Of a stretch of 32,000 nt of DNA, positions 9,476-18,101 are shown piece by piece; position 1 is the stretch's first letter, and each line of letters starts with the position of its first letter. The position numbers and the translations under genes are program-made. The stretch is taken from the NCBI GenBank assembly GCA_030149205.1, contig JASBSB010000007.1, positions 90,001 through 122,000 on the forward strand, in the 5' to 3' direction. The DNA is from Candidatus Heimdallarchaeota archaeon. Its GTDB lineage: Archaea > Asgardarchaeota > Heimdallarchaeia > Heimdallarchaeales > Kariarchaeaceae. The notes under the pieces were generated by a model. The model was not told the origin of the DNA and made no database searches. It saw only the letters and a list, made by a program, of their open reading frames with translations.

Positions 9476-9942
9476 TCCTTTCTTTAAGTGTAGAGAGGGG
9501 GGTCTCGAAGTGAAATTTTACTCACAATCGAGGGTTTTGATTCCCAAACTACCTTTCGAGGTTCGGTATCACTTATTTTTGAGTTAAGTTTAAAACTATT
9601 GATGCTTGGAACAGACAAATAAATCCTTGACCGCTTAGGTATCAGATCGTCGCGATAATCGGAAGACCCACATGAATAACTATGAAAAATGTCCGATGGA
9701 AATACACATAATTTTCTGCTATACGCGAGGTGAGTCGCGTGAGCATTCTAGCGCCGTTAATTCTTAAGAGTAATGTGAATCTCTCTGGCGCTAGTTAGAT
9801 TCGCTGGGTATGAGAATCGTAATTGCTAAGTTCCATAGGAAATAGTGGGGTATCATATTTGGGTAGTACCTAGAGCTATATAGGTAATTGATGAGACTTT
9901 TATTTTGTCATTGTAACTGGCTGAAACTTTAATATTAATAAG

Positions 9943-11331
9943 TTGAGAATATTTCTACACTCTGTGAAAAGAGGAAAGTTTATCATAGTAATTTCCCTCC
10001 TTAGTGCTCTGGTATTGACTTCATCAGTAAATGTTATATCAGGTCAGCAGACACCTTCTACTATCACCTTCAAAGATTTTTTTGATTTTTTGAATCAGTT
10101 TTCAGGTTCGAAGAATCAGTCTGGACTAATTGATGAGTACTTGGTGTGGCAATCTACAAAGGGTTTCCCAACCATAGTTAACAAAACCACAGCAGTCTTC
10201 ATTTTTTACTCAAGTGCGAATCAGTTGAAGGAGGCAAAGATTGCTGGGGATTTTAACTCATGGAACCCAGAGGCAATGAATCAGTTACAGAGCAACTTTA
10301 GTTTCTTCTACCTGGTAAAACATTTTGAGGCAGATGCACGCCTTGACTACAAGTTTGTGTTGGGAAGTAACTGGGTGCTTGATCCACGAAATCCAGCAAA
10401 GGTTCCAGGTGGGTTTGGTCCAAATTCAGAGCTGGCAATGCCAGATTTTGTTCAACCCAAGGAGATAAAGTATTATGCAGATATTCCTCATGGTACAGTT
10501 GAGTCCTTCGATCCAAAGTTAAGCCCAAATCCAAGTGTGCAAATTTATTTACCTCCTGCATACAACACATCTAAGAGATATGACACAGCCTATTTCACAG
10601 ATGGATCAGAGTATCTAAGTCTGGGATATGCACAAAACACACTTGACTATCTTATTGCTCACAGGAATATACAGCCTATTATTGGTGTGTTTGTTGACCC
10701 CAGTGGTTCAAGGACCTCGTGGTACAATTGCAGTGATACGTCATACATACATTACCTGGAGAAGTTGGTACCCGTGATTGATGCGAACTTTGCAACCAAC
10801 CAAAGCTCCACCTCTCGATTGCATGTTGGAGATTCCTTGGGTGGTCAAATCTCAGCCTTTGTGGGGATTAAGTTATCTAATCTGTTCAAACGTCTGGGGA
10901 TTCAGAGTGGTGCCTTCTGGGATGGGGCATCTTCATCTGGATTGATTGGGTGTAATATCAAACAACAGCTTTCTATTGCACCTAAGAGCCTTGATCTAAA
11001 CGTGTGGTTGACTGCGGGAACCTATGAGCAAACCATATATCAGGACACCAAGACTGTTGTAGATTCTATCAAACAGAAGGGGTGGGTGTATAATGTCAGT
11101 TACTACCATGAGGGGCACTCTTGGGGATTATGGAGGCATACACTAGCTGACCTGCTTATTCATCACTTCCCAAACACGGTTACCAACATATCTGTTCAAC
11201 CCACGACACCATCAAATTCGGGAATACCCACTAAAAGTAGCAGTAACAATAGCTTCTTTTCGCCCCTAGGTTTGTTCTTATCTATCCCTGTTTTGATTTC
11301 AATCAAGAAAAAAATAAGGTCATATTTTTAG
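9943..11331 (+). CDS. Secreted, membrane-anchored CBM48-like + Fes-type alpha/beta-hydrolase (putative carbohydrate esterase)
   Basis: N-terminal signal/TM; IAGDFNSWNP...YKFV..NW.LDP.NP glycogen-binding-type domain; GDSLGG nucleophile elbow; HEGHSWGLW; S/T/N-rich linker, then a hydrophobic helix and KKK tail. Starts at TTG. Confidence 0.85.
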   Translation: MRIFLHSVKRGKFIIVISLLSALVLTSSVNVISGQQTPSTITFKDFFDFLNQFSGSKNQSGLIDEYLVWQSTKGFPTIVNKTTAVFIFYSSANQLKEAKIAGDFNSWNPEAMNQLQSNFSFFYLVKHFEADARLDYKFVLGSNWVLDPRNPAKVPGGFGPNSELAMPDFVQPKEIKYYADIPHGTVESFDPKLSPNPSVQIYLPPAYNTSKRYDTAYFTDGSEYLSLGYAQNTLDYLIAHRNIQPIIGVFVDPSGSRTSWYNCSDTSYIHYLEKLVPVIDANFATNQSSTSRLHVGDSLGGQISAFVGIKLSNLFKRLGIQSGAFWDGASSSGLIGCNIKQQLSIAPKSLDLNVWLTAGTYEQTIYQDTKTVVDSIKQKGWVYNVSYYHEGHSWGLWRHTLADLLIHHFPNTVTNISVQPTTPSNSGIPTKSSSNNSFFSPLGLFLSIPVLISIKKKIRSYF

Positions 11332-11450
11332 AGTTAAACAGAGTAAAGGAAGGAAAGTTCAACTTGTTTTCTCTGTTTAAATACCTTGTAGATGACATTA
11401 TTCTGCGGAATAGGATTGATTTAAATAGATAAGAAGAACATGAGGAGAAA

Positions 11451-11515
11451 AAATTTAGAGATATATTTTAGAAATAAAATTTAGAGATAGAATTTATAGG
11501 AAAAAATTAGAGAGA
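11451..11515. repeat. Imperfect 13-nt tandem repeat x5
   Basis: AAATTTAGAGATA / TATTTTAGAAATA / AAATTTAGAGATA / GAATTTATAGGAA / AAAATTAGAGAGA, contiguous and intergenic. Confidence 0.75.
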
Positions 11516-11586
11516 AAGTTATGCTGTAAAAGTGGTATAGAGCAGAAATAGATACTATAAATAGGTAGCATTTCATCGAAGCTTAG

Positions 11587-12246
11587 TTGGAGTCTCAAAT
11601 CTCTTCATCCCTGGTTAACTATTTCAGAAGGGGGATATATAAGTGGAAGAAGCAATTTGGTTTGAGAAACTTTCCATGGCGAAACACCGATAATAAATAT
11701 GAGATTTTCATTGCCGAGTTTCTTTTGCGAAGAACTCAATCCATTATGGTTGCAAACTTTTGGGATGAGTTTTTCGGAAGATTCCCGAATTTTGATTCTA
11801 TTAGGGAAGTCAAAGAAGAGGAGTTGGAAAAGGTGTTAGTACCGTTGGGTCTAAGTAAGATACGTGCTAGATCCCTTAAGAAACTAGTTACTGAGTTTGA
11901 AGGTGAAGACCTTCCAAAGACAGAGAAAGATCTTGCAAATCTTCATGGTGTGGGTACGTACATATCAAGAATGTATCTTCAGATGACATCAACAAAGAGA
12001 AGGCTTGTTTGGGATTCCAATTTTATTCGTGTGTACTCTCGTTTTTTTGGTGTCTCTCTAAACACAAACAAGGCGGGTATAGAAACGATAGAGGATATCT
12101 CTTCCCGAATTATTCCAAGTAGAAATTCTAAGGAGTTCATTCTCACAGTGCTTGATTTTTCCGCTGCAACCTGTAGACCGCAAAGTCCTTTGTGTTTAGA
12201 ATGTGCACTAAGGAACAAGTGCAAATTCTATCAAAAAAGAGATTGA
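11587..12246 (+). CDS. HhH-GPD DNA glycosylase with 4Fe-4S loop, MIG-type (T:G/U:G mismatch)
   Basis: IAEFLLRRT (MIG has ITEILLRRT; MutY has MLQQT), LHGVGTY HhH, WDSNFIRV catalytic Asp, DFSAATC, C-x6-C-x2-C-x5-C; no MutT-like C-terminal domain. Confidence 0.8.
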   Translation: MESQISSSLVNYFRRGIYKWKKQFGLRNFPWRNTDNKYEIFIAEFLLRRTQSIMVANFWDEFFGRFPNFDSIREVKEEELEKVLVPLGLSKIRARSLKKLVTEFEGEDLPKTEKDLANLHGVGTYISRMYLQMTSTKRRLVWDSNFIRVYSRFFGVSLNTNKAGIETIEDISSRIIPSRNSKEFILTVLDFSAATCRPQSPLCLECALRNKCKFYQKRD

Positions 12247-12251
12247 TAGGT

Positions 12252-12659
12252 TTACTCCTGATCAATAGCAACAGAGGAGACATACATAGATTCTATCCCA
12301 CGTGTGCCCCTTATTTTGTTAACCAATGGGTTCAGCTCATATTTCTTTCCATGAAGAATTACAAGTTCGAAGCACATATTTTTGTGTAAATGTCTATGAA
12401 GTGTTTCTTTTATCTCTGTTGAATATTCGTGTTGAAGATTACTGATCACGTTTCGGATGCTTACTGTGTCTACATAAGAGAATCCAATGATCATCTCTAC
12501 ATGGTGGTTCTCATCATCATCCACATTCAGATATTTCAAGACAAAGTCGTACATGGCAACTCTAAATGCCTCAGATTTGCTTTTGAATCCCTCTTTCTCT
12601 ATTATCCTGTTAAACTTGCTCAGAAGCTTACTTTCAACAGAGAGACTTATAACTGGCAT
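12252..12659 (-). CDS. nikR: NikR-family nickel-responsive regulator (RHH + ACT-like domain)
   Basis: N-terminal RHH (VISLSV...SKSEAFR); QH...HRHLHKNMCFE retains the His/His/His/Cys square-planar Ni ligands. Confidence 0.88.
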   Translation of the reverse strand: MPVISLSVESKLLSKFNRIIEKEGFKSKSEAFRVAMYDFVLKYLNVDDDENHHVEMIIGFSYVDTVSIRNVISNLQHEYSTEIKETLHRHLHKNMCFELVILHGKKYELNPLVNKIRGTRGIESMYVSSVAIDQE

Positions 12660-12776
12660 AATCCAATATTATTAAAAATCTACATAAATATTATTAATGG
12701 TGTAATAAAAATTTCTTGGAAATTAGCACAATTTTATTAAAAGATTAAACCCATATTTATTTAGAGTTGTATTGAT

Positions 12777-13697
12777 TTGGGGTCGAACTTAGGGTCAAAA
12801 ACGTCAGTTGCTGAGGATGGGCATAATCGCAGCCTTATTGTTAAAACAAGACTTTGGATTGTGTTTGTTTTTACTCTCATATTTATGGTCGTAGAGTTTG
12901 TGGTTGGTTTTCTTGCCAACTCACTGGCACTGATAGCAGATGCTGGTCACATGCTTAATGATGTTTTTTCAATTCTTCTTGGGTTGGTTGCAATATCCTT
13001 AGGGAAGGTCGAGGGTCCACCCCAGTTGACTTTTGGATACAAAAGGGTCGAGGTCTTATCTGGACTGATTAACGGGTTGTCTCTCTTGGGCATTTCATAT
13101 TTTATAATCTATGAAGCGATTGTGAGATTTGGAAATTTGGAAACGTTGACTGTGGAGGGACCTTTGGTATTGGTTGTAGGTGTATTAGGTCTACTTGTAA
13201 ACATTGGTGGGGTCCTACTTTTAACCAAGGAAAAGGAGGGAAGCATAAACATAGAGGGAGTTTATCATCATGTTATGGCAGATGCCCTGGGTTCAGTGGC
13301 TGCAATAGTGGCAGGTGTGGGCATTATTCTTTTCAAAGCTTTCTGGTTGGATCTTGTGGTTAGTGTGTTAGTTTCAATTTTAATTGTCCGAAGTGGGGTT
13401 GTATTAACACTAAAATCGTTAAAAATTCTTATTCAGGCAACCCCAGAAGGAATTGATTTAAATCTGGTTCGATCAGAAATTTCAGGGATCCCTGGTGTTC
13501 AGAACGTCCACGATCTACATGCCTGGAGGGTGACTGATGGCATGGATGTTATTACAGCACATATTATTGTAAATGAAGACAAGGAAAAAGAGAGCATTAA
13601 ATCTCAAGCTTCCACTATAGCCTCATCACATGGATTTAATCATATGACATTTCAGGTTGAATCTGATTGTCAGGATCCCACAGCAATTTGTGATTAG
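12777..13697 (+). CDS. Cation diffusion facilitator (CzcD/ZitB-like metal exporter)
   Basis: SLALIADAGHMLND, TFGYKRVEVL, HVMADALGS, VHDLHAW, H.TFQVE. Confidence 0.93.
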   Translation: MGSNLGSKTSVAEDGHNRSLIVKTRLWIVFVFTLIFMVVEFVVGFLANSLALIADAGHMLNDVFSILLGLVAISLGKVEGPPQLTFGYKRVEVLSGLINGLSLLGISYFIIYEAIVRFGNLETLTVEGPLVLVVGVLGLLVNIGGVLLLTKEKEGSINIEGVYHHVMADALGSVAAIVAGVGIILFKAFWLDLVVSVLVSILIVRSGVVLTLKSLKILIQATPEGIDLNLVRSEISGIPGVQNVHDLHAWRVTDGMDVITAHIIVNEDKEKESIKSQASTIASSHGFNHMTFQVESDCQDPTAICD

Positions 13698-13718
13698 CAC
13701 TTGAACAAATTAATTGAT

Positions 13719-14066
13719 CTAATACGTAATGACTTTATCACTTTCAATGATCCAGTCAGTTAGCTCGTCCATAGAGCTTCTGTGAACTCCAGTAACTGGT
13801 GTGATACCACCCAACCCTCTTGCATCCATACAGCTTCCACAAGCACCAATTTTTGATTTCTTTGATATCAGAATTAACATTTTCTCCAGATTGTAATAAC
13901 CATTCGGTGTCTTTTGATTGGGAACAGCTGTGGTCACTGCATCTGCCATCAAAAAGAGATTGACTGTTATATTATCTCTTTTATTTAGGTAAATAGCTGT
14001 TCTAAATGCGTTGTAAGTTCTTTCTGTCCCGTATGGTGGGTCATTTGCTATGATCGTTATAATCAT
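13719..14066 (-). CDS. DsrE/DsrF-like (YchN) protein
   Basis: DPPYGTE, LFLMADAV, CGSCMDARG. Confidence 0.88.
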   Translation of the reverse strand: MIITIIANDPPYGTERTYNAFRTAIYLNKRDNITVNLFLMADAVTTAVPNQKTPNGYYNLEKMLILISKKSKIGACGSCMDARGLGGITPVTGVHRSSMDELTDWIIESDKVITY

Positions 14067-14257
14067 ACCTTTTGATTTGATATTATGGTATAAATGATAT
14101 TTTGGAAACCTGAGTAAAAATAAAGAATCACTCTAACCATTGGCAAATTCAAATTACTGCTACTTTTTCTTTAGTAAAACACAGGTTATCTTCCCCCTAG
14201 TAAATATTTGTCAAAGCATAATAAGGTTTAATCGAAAGGATTAGCCTGCAGGATGTT

Positions 14258-15097
14258 TTAAGCCAACCATCCCGAAATAGAGGATGCCTGTTTTATCCAA
14301 TTTTTAAGTTGATCTAGATTCAGATTTTCATCTTCAAAGATATGGACACATCTTGCCTCTTTGTTGTTTATAGGTATAGGAGGTTCTGGCTTTAACTCAG
14401 AACCACGTAGGAAAGTAATCTTAACATATTTACTTAGCAGGTTAATTTGTGCAAACCATCCGTTATCAGGTACACCATAAAATGGAGCATGCCATTTTAT
14501 TGCTCTTCTGACATCAGGAACCTCTTTTTCAACCAACTGATCAAAAGTACCAACAACTGCTCTCTGCCAACTTGGAAGGCAATCGATGAAAGCTTTAACA
14601 GCAGCTTCACCATCTGATTCATAGTTTTTTCGAGATTTTTGATATTGTCTTATCAATTTTTTCCATTCTTTTTCAGTGGGTTTGCCCTTCGTTATCTTGA
14701 TAGTTCCAAAGTCTCTATCCTCAATCTTTTGCGATTTTGGGTCCACCTCCTTTCCTTCGACTGCTGTAAACACTAGAACATAGCTGTTGTTCTTTGGGTC
14801 ATCTTTTAGGTCAAATTCAAGTCGTAGGGCTTCACCCCCATAATGAAATGAGTATCCAACCCATCCATCAGTTTTATCAGCCCTAGGATCCTTTTTTAAC
14901 CAAAATATTGACATCAATGCAGGGATAAGATCTGCGCCCCATTCTCTTAAACCGAGTCGAAGGTTTCCTTTTTTATCAACTCTGTAATTTGGTGCACGTA
15001 TTGCCTGATTTGATAGCACCAGCTCATTAATGTAGCCTGGAGAAACTTCAATATGATTCATAGATTGGGGTAGAATCTTTATATTAAAAAAATTCAT
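14258..15097 (-). CDS. Unknown N-terminal domain fused to DUF1801 (YdhG-like)
   Basis: C-terminal KWHAPFYG..GWF...YVKITFLRGSELKP...LKNWIKQAS resembles DUF1801; the N-terminal ~150 aa is unrecognised. Start may be the second Met. Confidence 0.7.
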   Translation of the reverse strand: MNFFNIKILPQSMNHIEVSPGYINELVLSNQAIRAPNYRVDKKGNLRLGLREWGADLIPALMSIFWLKKDPRADKTDGWVGYSFHYGGEALRLEFDLKDDPKNNSYVLVFTAVEGKEVDPKSQKIEDRDFGTIKITKGKPTEKEWKKLIRQYQKSRKNYESDGEAAVKAFIDCLPSWQRAVVGTFDQLVEKEVPDVRRAIKWHAPFYGVPDNGWFAQINLLSKYVKITFLRGSELKPEPPIPINNKEARCVHIFEDENLNLDQLKNWIKQASSISGWLA

Positions 15098-15203
15098 ATT
15101 ACAGAACTTTCTAAATCTGTAGAACGACGTCGAGCTTTAAAAAAATTCGACAAGTTTCATTTCTTGTGAGGCGAGAGTTAGCTTTGAAGAGTTTGTGTAT
15201 TCA

Positions 15204-15767
15204 TTACATTCTGATATCAAGCAGATCCATTTTTGTCAATATCCCTATTACTTTTTCTCTTTCTTGAATAAGAACCGCATTATACTTTCTTAGCAGAGGA
15301 TTGATATCTCTCAGAGATGCATTAGGAGGGACTATTGGTAAAATTTCTCGCATACACTCCTCTACTTCAGTATCTTTAAAATCTGTGGTTGTTTGAATTC
15401 TATCAAGGAGGTCAATTGAAAGGTCATCTGTTACTGTTCCATAGACTCTTCCATTTTCTATGACAGGGATCTGAGATATCCCATATTTCTTCATTAACTT
15501 AAGTGCAGACCCAAACTTAGAATGCATTCTTACCGATATAACACTAGGTTCCATTAGCATCTTAACTTCGTGTTCATCTGATTTTACCTGTTCAAGTAGA
15601 TAGTTAAAGATGTTTACTGCAACTGTGTATGAGGGTATTTGTAGCCCACCCTCATATTTTGCGATTGCTGATTGAGTTATCCCCACAGCTTTTGAAAGCT
15701 CAGACTGAGATAATCCCAACTTTTCACGTAAGAGTTTGATATCTGAAATATCTGGGAAAATTGACAC
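15204..15767 (-). CDS. XRE-type HTH + tandem CBS-domain transcriptional regulator
   Basis: LREKLGLSQSELSKAVGITQSAIAKYEG HTH; CBS pair (MKKYGISQIPVI...GTVT; VLIQE..VIGILTKMDLL). GTG start. Confidence 0.92.
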   Translation of the reverse strand: MSIFPDISDIKLLREKLGLSQSELSKAVGITQSAIAKYEGGLQIPSYTVAVNIFNYLLEQVKSDEHEVKMLMEPSVISVRMHSKFGSALKLMKKYGISQIPVIENGRVYGTVTDDLSIDLLDRIQTTTDFKDTEVEECMREILPIVPPNASLRDINPLLRKYNAVLIQEREKVIGILTKMDLLDIRM

Positions 15768-15826
15768 AATAACTAACTGAAAGCTGGAATATAAGTATTT
15801 TCAAGGCAAAATTCGAAGAAGTTAAA

Positions 15827-15844
15827 ATATTCCTATTGGAATAT
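15827..15844. promoter_or_regulatory. Putative operator palindrome ATATTCC-N4-GGAATAT
   Basis: Perfect 7-bp arms in the 121-nt divergent intergenic region; additional half-site GGAATAT at 15786-15792; TATAAA at 15853-15858. Confidence 0.6.
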
Positions 15845-15888
15845 ACAATTACTATAAACATATCTACCTATATTAGACTGGGGTTCTC

Positions 15889-16929
15889 TTGTCAAATATG
15901 GTGAAAGTTCGCGGTGCAATTAGTGGGAATCATCCCTTAAGTGAACAACTAATTCAAGCAATTTTAGACTTTAAATATGGAAGAAATTCCAAGGATAGGG
16001 TAAAAGAGCTATTCCAAAAAGAATTATCTGAACTCATTCAACTTCAGGAGCAATTAGGCTTTGCTAGGGTATCAACTGGTGCTTTAGGGATTGAGGATGT
16101 ATTACGTCCTTTTACAAGGACACTGGGTTCATTAAAATCATATGAGGTCATCGGGGATCTTCCAATTAATAGGTATCATTATACCAATACCTTTTATCGA
16201 CAGCCAAAATTGGTTTCTAAGTTTCCTGATGATGCATCAGTCTATAAATCAGATAAAAATGGACTATCTGATGACAATGTGTTGGCATTGAATCATCTAA
16301 AAAACAGAGAATCAAGAATTGTTGTTCCGGGTCCAGTGACATTTACAAAATTGATAGATAATTCTGAGAATGTCTATCCGTCAGAGCAAGAGCAGATATT
16401 GGAAACTGCCAAATATCTTTCAAAAGAGATCTCAAGTCTTCCAGAGAACTTTAAAGAAATTCAGTTTGATGAACCTGTTTTAGCCTGGAAAAATATTTCG
16501 AGATCGTATCGTGAGTCAATCAGAGATGCCTATACAACATTAAAATCTGCCGCTAAGTCAAGGGACCTGATAATTAACACCTATTTTGAATCCTCGGAAA
16601 ATGTTGTTCCCTTTCTTTTGGATTTGCCAGTTGATGGAGTTGGAGTTGATTTGGTTAACACAAACCTTCTGTCAATCACAGATTACTCTTTTGACAAGAA
16701 GATTTTACAGGCGGGAATCTTGGACTCTCAAAATTATAAACCCAATGTGGACGGTAGCTTGGATACCTCAGATACCAAGCTATACAGCAGGTTAACTCAA
16801 GCATTAGTTGAACTTGAACCAAAAGAGTTGATCCTAAGCAGTAACACAGGTTTGGACTATTTACCCAGAGAGATTGCAGATGCAAAGTTAAGACAATTAG
16901 GAGAGATAATAAAGGAGAGTGAAGAGTGA
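15889..16929 (+). CDS. metE: Split MetE, N-terminal (folate-binding, non-catalytic) half
   Basis: YHYTNTFYRQP, VPGPVTF, IQFDEP, NTYFE, AGILDSQN resemble the N-terminal barrel of MetE; Zn ligands absent. ATG alternative at 15898. Confidence 0.8.
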   Translation: MSNMVKVRGAISGNHPLSEQLIQAILDFKYGRNSKDRVKELFQKELSELIQLQEQLGFARVSTGALGIEDVLRPFTRTLGSLKSYEVIGDLPINRYHYTNTFYRQPKLVSKFPDDASVYKSDKNGLSDDNVLALNHLKNRESRIVVPGPVTFTKLIDNSENVYPSEQEQILETAKYLSKEISSLPENFKEIQFDEPVLAWKNISRSYRESIRDAYTTLKSAAKSRDLIINTYFESSENVVPFLLDLPVDGVGVDLVNTNLLSITDYSFDKKILQAGILDSQNYKPNVDGSLDTSDTKLYSRLTQALVELEPKELILSSNTGLDYLPREIADAKLRQLGEIIKESEE

Positions 16930-16930
16930 G

Positions 16931-18097
16931 ATGTCAAATTTAGATATAGATTTCTTAACACATGAGGTGGGTTCACTTAGAAAGCCAAATGCATTCATTA
17001 AAGCTGGAAGAAACCAGAAGCTTACAGATGCTGATTTCGATGAATTTAAGGGATTTTTAAGCCTTGTTGGGGAAACTGAGGTCTCTGAGGAGCTAAAGAA
17101 CCTATTTACAAGGGTCGGACCTGAAACAGCAAACGACAAAGACCTTCACAATGAGCTTGCAAAGTGGAGGGTTTGGTATAATGTAAAATACAAGGAAAGT
17201 TCAGGAATAGACTTAATTGATGCTGGTGAATGGATAAGAAGAGAGATGTATCAGCACATTGTAGATAATGATGTTGTTAGTGGGATCAAAATGTTACAAC
17301 ATGTGAGATCCTTTGATTACAATTTTTACAAAGTTGGTGTTAACACCTCTCCAATTCAGTATGATAGATCAAAGTCAATTCATGTACAGGAGTTTAAATG
17401 GGCATCAGAAGTGGCTACCAAACCACTCAAGGTCTGTGTGACATCTTTCAACACAGTTGCTGAGTGGTCATTGAAGGGAAAGAACAACTTCGATGACTTA
17501 ATGTTTGATTTCATTGATGAAGTTTTTGTCCCAGAAACAATTAAGTTGTTGGATGCAGGAGTAAATTGGATCCAGATGGATGAACCTGCCTTGACTACCC
17601 ACCCTAAGCACGTTGACACCTTTGTTGATGGGTGGAATTATTGGGTTGATAAAATTTCAGGGCATTTAAAACCCGATACAGTTCTAGGTTTACATAACTG
17701 TTTTTCTGATTATAACCTTCTTTGGCCTATATTACCAGACATGAAGAACTTAGGTGCCATTACATTAGAATTTGCAAACAGAGACACATGGAAACTGGGA
17801 ACTGATGATGAGAGTCGTGTTGCATTTGCGGAACACAAACAGGTGTTAAAAAACCTATACGATACTGGATTTAAAGCAAAAGCTGCATTAGGTGTACTGC
17901 CTGTTCACACAGACCATGAGACCTCGCCAGAGTTGATCAGAGATAGGTTATTGTATATACAATCATTCATAGATGATCCAAAGCTTGTGTTAGCTGCTCC
18001 AGATTGTGGGTTAAGACAAAGGAGCCTTGAGGTCTCCCATAAAGTGCTAAAAAACATGTCTAAAGGTGCAGAGTTGGCAAAGAAAGAACTGGAGTAA
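16931..18097 (+). CDS. metE: Split MetE, catalytic Zn half (cobalamin-independent methionine synthase)
   Basis: THEVGSLRKP, WIQMDEPA, LHNC (H-x-C), TLEFANR, APDCGL Zn ligands; ATG 1 nt after the upstream TGA (the track starts at GTG 16919). Confidence 0.9.
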   Translation: MSNLDIDFLTHEVGSLRKPNAFIKAGRNQKLTDADFDEFKGFLSLVGETEVSEELKNLFTRVGPETANDKDLHNELAKWRVWYNVKYKESSGIDLIDAGEWIRREMYQHIVDNDVVSGIKMLQHVRSFDYNFYKVGVNTSPIQYDRSKSIHVQEFKWASEVATKPLKVCVTSFNTVAEWSLKGKNNFDDLMFDFIDEVFVPETIKLLDAGVNWIQMDEPALTTHPKHVDTFVDGWNYWVDKISGHLKPDTVLGLHNCFSDYNLLWPILPDMKNLGAITLEFANRDTWKLGTDDESRVAFAEHKQVLKNLYDTGFKAKAALGVLPVHTDHETSPELIRDRLLYIQSFIDDPKLVLAAPDCGLRQRSLEVSHKVLKNMSKGAELAKKELE

Positions 18098-18101
18098 GAC
18101 A

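Noticed and set aside
9490-9600. Formal call of a cobalamin riboswitch
   Set aside because: The B12-box consensus elements could not be found; kept only as a candidate structured leader.
11451-11515. CRISPR array or replication origin
   Set aside because: No spacers between units and no cas genes; resemblance to oriC 13-mers is superficial, and there is no cdc6/orc1 gene or ORB-like G-string nearby.
11587-12246. MutY or endonuclease III call
   Set aside because: LLRRT instead of LQQT/LSAQ, no C-terminal MutT-like domain, and no HhH Lys of Nth. The HhH Tyr alone was not used, since some MutY proteins share it.
16900-16940. Frameshift or Sec/readthrough fusing the two MetE halves
   Set aside because: The halves are in different frames; the downstream gene has its own ATG at 16931; in-frame readthrough of the TGA hits another stop after 11 codons; split MetE is a known archaeal arrangement.
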